From contig BDGG01000004.1 of the NCBI GenBank assembly GCA_001949185.1, forward strand, positions 3,691,777 to 3,755,776: a stretch of DNA of 64,000 nt, written 5' to 3'. Source of the DNA: Ramazzottius varieornatus. Its lineage: Eukaryota; Animalia; Tardigrada. Positions 53,901-64,000 of this stretch are shown here, piece by piece. Every line of letters starts with the position of its first letter. The first letter of the stretch is position 1. The notes beneath the pieces were generated by a model. The model was given only the letters and a program-made list of their open reading frames with translations, was not told where the DNA came from and made no database searches. A program made the position numbers and the translations under genes.

Positions 53901-54276
53901 GACTACCTGCGATCGTTTCCGATGACGTCGAGAAATCCCGGGTTTTCTTTGCCAGGTCGGAATGGTCCATGAGTACTTTGTTTCGTGTAGGCCACCAGCC
54001 GGACTTTGTCCTTGTAGGGAATATGTAGGGGCACTTTTCCATTATTTTCTAGAAAACGAAACCAGAAATATTATGCGACTTTGTTTGCCCGAGCAGCGCC
54101 TGTCATGTACCTTTGTAGAATGCGAGACCCAGCCTGTAAACGACAGTGACAGGCAGGCCCCACTTATCCTCAAACGAGAACGTTTCCGGTTGGCCATTTG
54201 GTACGGTTTCCGTGTCCTCAGGTATCACAGAAAATTCTACCGATCCCAGTCCATCGTGGTACGCGTTGATGGCCAT
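47926..54276 (-). CDS. ACBD3: Golgi resident protein GCP60 (ACB + GOLD domains)
   Basis: Exons give [18 protein letters not shown]|[39 protein letters not shown]|[25 protein letters not shown]|[11 protein letters not shown]|[17 protein letters not shown], and GOLD domain [19 protein letters not shown]...[22 protein letters not shown]. The first two exons are missing from the ORF track. Confidence 0.95.
48408..48526. mobile_element. Fold-back MITE-like element, family A copy 4 (ACBD3 intron 48350-48694)
   Basis: TGGGAGACTGGCAAACGAAACATAC...TGGCGCACGCTT / AAGTGTGCAC...GTATGTTTCGTTTGTCGACCTCCCA. Confidence 0.7.
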
Positions 54277-55349
54277 CGCAAGCTTGCTTAACCAGGCTCA
54301 GATATAGGTTCCGATTGTTGGCTTCAGGACTGCTGATGCTGCGTTAGTCGAGGAAGAAACGGGATACCCCAGGAGACTACTGTACTCGTAAAACGAAATC
54401 AAATCATCAGACTTTGTTTCTCACTTTCTGATCTCCTGCTTCGGTTTCCACCAAACGGAACCGCGCGATCATCGACGAACATGCCACCGGACGGTAGATC
54501 TGTAAGGTGAGCTCTGGTATCCCAGCAGTAGGCGAAGGAGGCGGAAGAGCGGAGCGTAGAAACATCGACAACGTAGTGCAATCAAATCCGTATTCCGTAA
54601 GTCAGAAATCTAGATCACAACAGAAAGCCTTCAAGCCGGCGCGTTCAGTTGATTGCTTCGATGGTTGCCTTCAGCAGATCGCCACGTCTAAATTTTGAGA
54701 AAAACGCTTCTGACTCAGCCCTTGGGGGTGTGACTATCAGGCGGGGGCATGTGATATGGCCCAAGGGTTTTCACTGGAACTCTAATTCGAATGAATGGCA
54801 GTTGGCAGCCCACCACAAGACCACCACAAAAGGGACCGCCTTTATCGGTTCAGTCGGTTTTCTGGCATAGTCTACCCTTTGATTGATGTTTCTACTGTTT
54901 GAGCTTACCTGTTGATGAATCAGCTGGTTATGAATGGGAATTTGTCGTACCTTTAGCCTTTTCCTCTCCATCTTCGTTAGCTATTCCTAAAGCACTTTAC
55001 ACTTTACTTTGCAGATCCTCATCCGTCTACATCTGTGGGACATTGTGTGAGATCTAAGAACCCGAAGAAGACCGCTGCGCTCCTTGTTCTTACGTTTGGT
55101 GAACGTCACAGCCTCACCGGTAATGTCTGCATAGTCACATAAGTTTGCCATCCTACTTTAATCTACGTACTGTAATGCTTCTTGAATCTCACGCACTGAC
55201 GTTACCATGCGCGCTACTTTTACGGGTGTAGTACTCATATAGTGCACAAGGGGTGTGACGTAAGTGCGTGAGATTCAAGAAGCATTACAGTAGTGTATGA
55301 TAACTCTACTCCCAGTTGTAACTTGAAGAATATATTCTGTAGGTACATA

Positions 55350-57100
<1,751 letters not shown>

Positions 57101-57606
57101 GGTACTTCCTTCGTAAAAGTCCACTCTGGGATCTTTTGCTTAGGTCTCGGGACCCTTTCAGTTCCCTCCGGCTGGACCTCTCTTCCCCTGCGGTTTTGCA
57201 TACTCGCTCCATTTTTCAAGTCTTGTATTATAGTACCAGTCACAAGTGTACTTAACGCTTGCATGAGACAAGTCGGGGATGGTTTTTTCCGAGATTCTGT
57301 CTGAGTTCTGTTTGCAGCTTACAGTACCGACTTTTGTGCTCAGCCAAAAACCGTTTTTACGCGAAGGGAAAATTGTTGTACTTCTGATAACATCATCACC
57401 AAAATGACCAAAGTATTGAATATCACCGTGGAGCTGAAAGTTCATTTCCAGGCAGATGCCAGTAACACTCGGTGGAGATCACTAGAAGCGGATAGAACAG
57501 GTAAAACGGTTCTCCAGAATATATGAACATCAAGCTCGTACGTTTCGTTTAATAGAGGAACTTCGTACAAGTTTTGAGTAACGGACTAAGAGTATTTTGG
57601 TGCCAG

Positions 57607-59984
57607 TCAGGAATGTACAATTTCCTCCGAGATCTGCTTTAAGTCTTGCGGAACCTCCACTTCTCCAGGTCCGAAGGGGACCTTGAAGCCTTCACCCACC
57701 TTTACTTCCGTCCGCATCTTTGCGCCCGCGTGTTGTTGAATCTGGTTCTTGATATACATCTTGCCGGAAGCGAAGTCCTTGATCAATCTGTCAGCAGCCT
57801 GCTTGTCGTCAAAGACGAAGTAGAAGCATATCCTGTAAGCGCCACGTTAGCTTTTGCCGCTGTAATGTCCAATGGGACGTCGGCAAATGAACCGCATATG
57901 ATCGTTGTGTCACGTCGCGCACGTTCTCATTGTTATTGGCTTAAAATGTGCGCCACTTGGAAAACCGACTATGTTCAAGTCATTTGCCGGCGTTCCATAT
58001 CATGACCATATGCTCGTTACAAATTACGAAGGATAGCACTGTGCCAATAGTCGGCCGCCCTTACCCGCCAAGCGTATCGAACGAAAGGTAATAGTTGAGA
58101 AGAATCTCTGTGACTGCTTTTCCATATGCTTTCCCGTACGTGTCGACAAAACGTTTGAGCTCTACGTTCCTGAAGTTATCAAGCGTATTCGTACGCTTCA
58201 AAGCTTGCTGTTCGTCGCCAACCGTCATGACGAAGACATCATAGAACTGGATAGTTTCCTGCATGTCGGCACGTTTCGGGTCTCGTTTCACCAGAAACTC
58301 AATTGGATCTCGGTTACGACTGATGTCGTCGTACTGCGCATCGCTGGAGATGTCTGGATCTTTATACCATCGCTCATCTAACAAAACAGACACGAATCGT
58401 GAAAGTAATTAACTCCTTCAAGAGCTGCACGCAAGATACGAAAGCCAAATGTCATACCGGGTTGTGCCTCTATAACCTGTTGTTCCTTTAGACGAATGAC
58501 CCGAAGATCTTCCGGGAAAATGGGAACTGCATGGACACTTGCGTCTTTATATACGTACGGCCCGCACACCGTATCCAGGTTCTGGACAAAGGCGTCCCGT
58601 TCTCGCTGACTAGGAGTGAACAGCTGCCAAACACGTCTATAGGAAAAACATACTAGTTGGTAAGAAACACAGCCTAGATCCAAGACTAGTACTCGTACTC
58701 TAGATCCAGGCTACTACCAGGCGAAGGCGAGAACTTACGGTTGGACGACTTTATGTCGGAAGCTCTTGACTTCCATCCCCAGTTTCTCCCGCATAGGTTC
58801 CATCCACTTGTTGATTTTCTCCTGAGTGCAACCGTAAAACTCATTTCACAACTGATATTGACAGAGTTAGTATCGCTAAGATTCGAACATGGGAAGTGAA
58901 CTAGGAGGTCGGCAAATGAGTTGAACATGATGGCTGTCTCAACCGGCTTATCGGCTGGAATTGCGCGCCTTTTGGGAAACCGATCATGTTCAAATCATCT
59001 GCCGACGCCCCGATAGATCTGGCTTCTAATTTGACCAGCGTGCCTTTTCAAAGATCGCACGGTAGTCGGAAGGAAGGTAAATCAGGGGTGGAGTAGATGT
59101 CGTGGCGGTGTTTGAAGCTGCAGGCATGGGAAGGCACATGGCGGACAGAAAGTTTGGACTGGAAACCCGCCCCTTCGTACTGCTCATTGTGCAGCGCTTT
59201 TGCCACCATTGCGGCCTCTGAAGAGGCCAGCTGGATGGTATACTTTCGGGAATTACTGTTTAAGGAAAGTTATAGGAAAACTGTTGTTAGTGGACTACGA
59301 TATGGTTCACTGGAACTGTTTCCCAACTTACGGATTTGGCAAGTCGATAAAGTCTTCCAAATACTCCTCCAGCGCTCGATAGTCCGTCGCTGGCATCTTC
59401 TTCATCAGTCCATGTTGGTAGTCGAACTTGGCTAGAGCTACCACTTGACTGTCACATTCTTCCAGTCCGGCTGATCTTTCCGCGTCGACAGTCACCCAGA
59501 GTTCTTTCTTCAACCTGGCGATGGTGGGAATTTCGTCTTCTGTAAATTCAGTCAGCCGAGCCATCGCTTTCCCTCCAACAGCATCCGGTAGGGCCGCGTC
59601 TTCACATTTCTCGATGCAGTCCCGAGCCTCCTGTCCAGTGGAGAAGCCGACGATGAAACCTCTACAAGGCATACAAAGTTTGAATTAGAGATGGAAAAGG
59701 TTGGTGGTGAAACAAGACGACGGTACGTACTGCGCATAAGGAACAACTGTTCGGTAGCCTTTCTTCGTCTGTGGATTTTTGCCCTCCGCTGGAATTGCGG
59801 GATTAACTTTCTGGCGCCGAAGGAAATTGGCGGCCTTCTTCTGGAGTTCATTGGAATTCTGGAATACAGATAAACTTTCAGACCCGGATAACAGATGTTT
59901 CATGCTTGGAAAGATTCAAACTCATACCTTTTTGTTGATCATGCCGATGTAGACGCGATGCGTTGTTGTGGGAGCCGTGGCCAT
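57607..59984 (-). CDS. Uncharacterised protein with degenerate RRM-like motifs, ~8 exons; may extend further 5'
   Basis: Phase-consistent exon chain MATAPTTTHRVYIGMINKK|NSNELQKKAANFL..|RGFIVGFSTGQEARDCIE..|..|EKINKWMEP..|RVWQLFTPSQRERDAF..|..FYDVFVMTV..|GICFYFVFDDKQAADRLIK..HS*, with RNP2- and RNP1-like motifs. Confidence 0.6.
57872..57998. mobile_element. Fold-back MITE-like element, family A copy 6 (intron 57833-58064)
   Basis: ATGGGACGTCGGCAAATGA...GATCGTTGTGTCACGTCGCGCACGTT / AATGTGCGCCACTTGGAAAACCGAC...TCATTTGCCGGCGTTCCAT. Confidence 0.8.
58904..59011. mobile_element. Fold-back MITE-like element, family A copy 7 (intron 58822-59043)
   Basis: GGAGGTCGGCAAATGAGTTGAACATGAT... / ...GCGCCTTTTGGGAAACCGATCATGTTCAAATCATCTGCCGACGCCCC. 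Confidence 0.75.
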
Positions 59985-60781
59985 GGCCACGATGCGGCGA
60001 TGAAGTCCAGGTTCAGGAAGACACCTGAATTGAGCGAAGAACAGTGGAGGCACCGAGTGTCGGACACTTTCGGGTGGAAACGAACAGAAATCTTGGGTTT
60101 TTCTGCAGCTGAAGACAAAAGCTCAACACAACTACTAGTACTGTTCTCTGCCCTCTGGTCAGAATTGCTTGTCCGGGATCAAAGACTGGGGCGTACGAAA
60201 AGCCATAGGGAAGACCGGCGTTGTGACACTTGTGAGATCAGAGCCGGGGTGAAGCCCCGGAAGGCTGCGGGCCCGACCGTAAGCGAAGAGTACACAAATC
60301 AAGTGGCATTTCAATCAATGCTGAGAAGGTGTCAATCGTGTCAGACTCAAATTTCCAACCTCCATAATCCAGGTCATTTTCGATCTCTTCCTTCTGTCTC
60401 AAAAGCGAGGAAGTCTTTTGCTTTGCTCGAGCTGTCTCACATGTTACAACACGACTAGAGGAGGGACGTACCTTAATTTCAGTAAGAACGGTTCAAGGAG
60501 GGATCACTCGTTCCACGGTGAGTGATTCGCTGCATTCGTAACGCTGTTTGATTTTCTAGGCTGGTACCGTATGCACGAAGCATCTCCGCTTGACAACCTG
60601 CGTTCTTGTGCCTTTCGAAGTCTAATGGAATGTTGGAGTGATGTAGCCTTATCTATGGGAACATGTGGAGCTGTTGTGAGAAGATGAACCGATTGCATCC
60701 TGCGTTTCCATTACTTTCTCCAGTCACTTTCAAGCAGTTAAACGTTTCTTGGACATAGTCACACTAATTGCTCCAGTCATA

Positions 60782-63700
60782 ATGAGCAGCTCGAACGGCA
60801 TGGATGAAGCTCCGAAGGAGATCAGCCACGCTGTCAGTTTAGTTTTGGACTTCAAAACGAAGCTTTTGGAGTCGGAAGAATTCAGCGATCTGGTTCTGAT
60901 CGTGGAGAATACACCTTTGAAGGTACACAGAGCTATCCTGGCCAGTCGAAGTGAATACTTCAGGTAAATATACCCATCGTTCAAGCAGGGAGGATCTTTG
61001 TACTGGCTGTCTTCAATTTCATAAACGCGGTCTTGTTTTACAGAGCGCTTCTGTATGGAGGTATGAAAGAAACCAAGCAAAACGAAATAGTCCTGCACGA
61101 CACGGACCTATCCACCTTCAAAATCTTGCTTGAGTATATCTACACGGCCACTGTCAATGTGTCAAAACTACGAGTAAGTCTTTGTCGTAGCCTTATTCAG
61201 CTGTATGCATCAACATTGAGATACGAGAGAAAGAACAGCTTTTTCTCGCTTGCAGGTAGAAGTGCTGGTTGGGTTGTTAGGTTTGACGAATCAGTATGGG
61301 TTCTCTGAGCTCGAGAAGGACCTGGTGCTATATATGAAGAATGTTCTAAATGGTGAGGGCTCTCACGCATCGAATCTTTGCCTGGAAGTGGGTCAGACCG
61401 TAGAAATGTGAAAATGTAATCTTGTGTGGTTGCAGTCAAGAATGTCTGCGCGGTGTATGAAGTATCATTCGGTTTCGGGATGCATGATTTAACTACTACA
61501 TGCCTTAAGGTGAGATAGCAAGCTCCTGCCCTTTATCTTGGTAGATAGGTGAATATACCAGACTTCGAGAGTCGTTATTGAGTCGTTATTTTTTGTAGTA
61601 TGTGGATCGCCATGCAAGGACTTTACTCCATTCGCGAGAGATTCTACATCTGAGTGCCGTAAGTCATAGTAATTTTCAATGGTCTTTTGTTGAGATCGGT
61701 CAGAATGCTACGCCAGGCAAAGCGATGGGTTTTACTGTAATTAGTTTGCAAGATTTGGTAAAAGAGCTCTTGGATGTTCTGTCTTCAGGTTCTGACAGGC
61801 GAAACCATACGAGTAGTTATGATATAATGTTGATATGCTTTGCAGTCTGCTTTGAAGCATATTCTTGTTCGCGACACTTTATGCGCCAGCGAAAGCGATA
61901 TCTTCGATCTGGTTCGCGAGTGGTGTTCCGTCAATGTCGATGACATGGAGGGGAAAGACATACTGAGCAGTACAGTCCGTTGGGATCTCTTGAGCACCGA
62001 AGAGCTCGTCAATCGCGTTCGGCAGTCCAATCTGATTCCAGGCGATAAGATTCTGGTTAGTGACATCACATCCGGCCTGTATTCATAGCCAGAAGCCTTT
62101 TCCCTTTCTGTGCAGGATGTACTGGCAAGCAAGATGCGTGCTGGAAGCGCACTGCAGTCGAAACTTCGCGGATTTTGCGGTACGAGTGACGCTTTTAGCG
62201 TCTTCGTTTCACTGCCATCGCAAACCGAAAGTGAATTATACTGCAAGTCTACTGAATATGTTGTAGATCCAAGCGTCAACGTGGCCACTTCCGAACTGAA
62301 AGCCACGGTGATCCGTGGTGAAATGAGCGGATCTCTCCTAGACGGAGATGTGACGGTAATTCATCATTGCCAGTTTGCCATTGTGTGGTTTTAGTAGTCT
62401 GCCCCAATAGTTGACTTTGTGTGACCACAACCGATATCAGGCTTCTTATGTACTCATTCGACTTCCTTTCGCACAGAACTTCGGGATGGACCACGGTTAC
62501 ACCCGACATGTGATACCGGACAAACAAGATGCGGATAAGTCGCCTTGCATCCATGTGAAATTGGGAATGCCGGTTTGTCATACTGCCTTACGCTAAAAAC
62601 ATCTAAAGGTTTCGGTGATCCAGTTACGTCTTGGTCTCATTTGCCCATGATCCTGTAGTGCATAATTAACCACCTCCGCTTGCTGCTGTGGGATAAGGTA
62701 AGGCATCGTTTAAAACCTGTGCACGGTATATGCACCAACTGCTACTCTATCGAAATACTTGATCGAGGTCTTGTTCCAGGATCAGCGCTTCTACTCTTTT
62801 TACGTGGAGGTTTCGAACGACGGTACCAGCTGGAACCGCGTCATCGATTATCGCGACTACTTTTGCCGCTCGTGGCAAGAACTCTACTTCGCGACATGCA
62901 CGGTGCAGCACATAAAGGTACGGGTAGCCTACTTGAAGGTTTGCTATATTTGTCATACTGTGTACAGTAAGATTTGCAGCATATCTCATGTAAAGTTTTA
63001 ATGACAAGAGGAATAACCGACTCTTCGTGTTCAACCAACTATATGCAATGTTTCAGGTAACGGGAACAAGGAACACCACGGTACGTATTTTTGGTCTACT
63101 TTTGAATCATGGATCAAGTCCGATGCATGTGCTTTGAGATTGCACTTCGCAGAACCGTTCTTTTCACCTGGTGAAACTAGAAGCATTCTACTTGGAGACG
63201 GTGCCTGAGATACGTAGCTTTGGTGATGGATCTGGGTTTATCGGTGAGCACTTCCCTGAAGCACTGTACGGCAATAACGCTGCGCGAAGTCAGTGACAGA
63301 ACGACTGAGCTGACCGGTGTGACTTTTAGTACCTGTCGAAAATGTCATGACGCTTTCTACGGCGATCGTGACAGAAGGTGTTAGTCGAACGCGGAATGCG
63401 CTGATCAACGGGTCGCTTGAGTATGACTGGGACAATGGATATTGCTGTCACCAGGTAAAGTCCCTAAAGATTAGAGCGGGGTTTCCAGTCTATGGAAGCT
63501 TTCTTGGAATACCATCAACACAGACTATGTTTTCAGATTGGTAGTGGGGCAATCATGGTTGCTCTTAATCAGCCGTACATACTATCCAGCTTAAGGCTTC
63601 TTTTGTGGGATGTGGACCATCGCTTCTACACGTGAGTCCTCATCATCATCATATCAGGCCCTGCAAGCATGTCGGTCAATTTCGTCGCTATAAGAATTTG

Positions 63701-64000
63701 CGAGGATTCTGCTGTGTAACTCTCATGGAAAGTTTTCGGTTTGCAGGTACACCATACATAGTTCTGCCACTCAGAAAGACTGGCAACTCTTGGTTGATAC
63801 CCGGGATTCTCCTCGTCAGTCTTGGCAGTCACACAAGTTTCCGCCCAGACCCATTTCGTTCCTCAAGCTCACGGGCATCAGCAACACTGCCAATGAAGGT
63901 AACATAATGAAGTTCAAGCTAACACATGAAAAGATGAAAACGTGGTTCTAAGTTGAAACGCGATGCAACTTTTTATCTAGTGTTGAAGTTTGTGTGTCGA
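60782..64000 (+). CDS. BTBD9: BTB/POZ domain-containing protein 9 (BTB-BACK + two discoidin-like domains); 3' end likely beyond the window
   Basis: FSDLVLIVE..LKVHRAILASRSEYFR|ALLYGGMKE, MDRHA, NVATSELKATVIRGE, DHGYTRHVI, LLLWDKDQRFYSFYVEVS, EGVSRTRNALING..YDWDNGYCCHQ. Confidence 0.93.

Overview
Eukaryotic, gene-dense animal DNA with many short (mostly ~55-100 nt) GT-AG introns. It looks like a compact invertebrate genome (tardigrade-like is a guess; the taxon cannot be established from this window). I assembled 16 spliced protein-coding genes by hand: CMTR2 (partial), acylphosphatase, TSEN54, a SCaMC/SLC25A23-25 carrier, TMEM72-like, ASCC3, VPS35, a claudin-superfamily protein, an ARHGAP11-like RhoGAP, INO80, DEPDC5, NXF1, ACBD3, a divergent CDK1/2-like kinase, an unassigned protein with degenerate RRM-like motifs, and BTBD9 (partial). 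I found no prokaryotic features, CRISPR arrays, tRNAs or rRNAs. The most interesting signals are non-coding. (1) Seven copies of a ~110-135 bp fold-back (MITE-like) element, all intronic, whose two arms partly co-vary within each copy. (2) Longer-than-usual introns, many of them ~220-240 nt, tend to carry inverted repeats. (3) NXF1 has lost its canonical retained 'cassette' intron but carries a ~90-nt G-U-compatible sense-strand hairpin in a different intron that starts with an in-frame stop. (4) An ASCC3 intron holds a perfect 60-bp minisatellite. Gene names come from recognised motifs, not database searches, and exon boundaries were read by eye.
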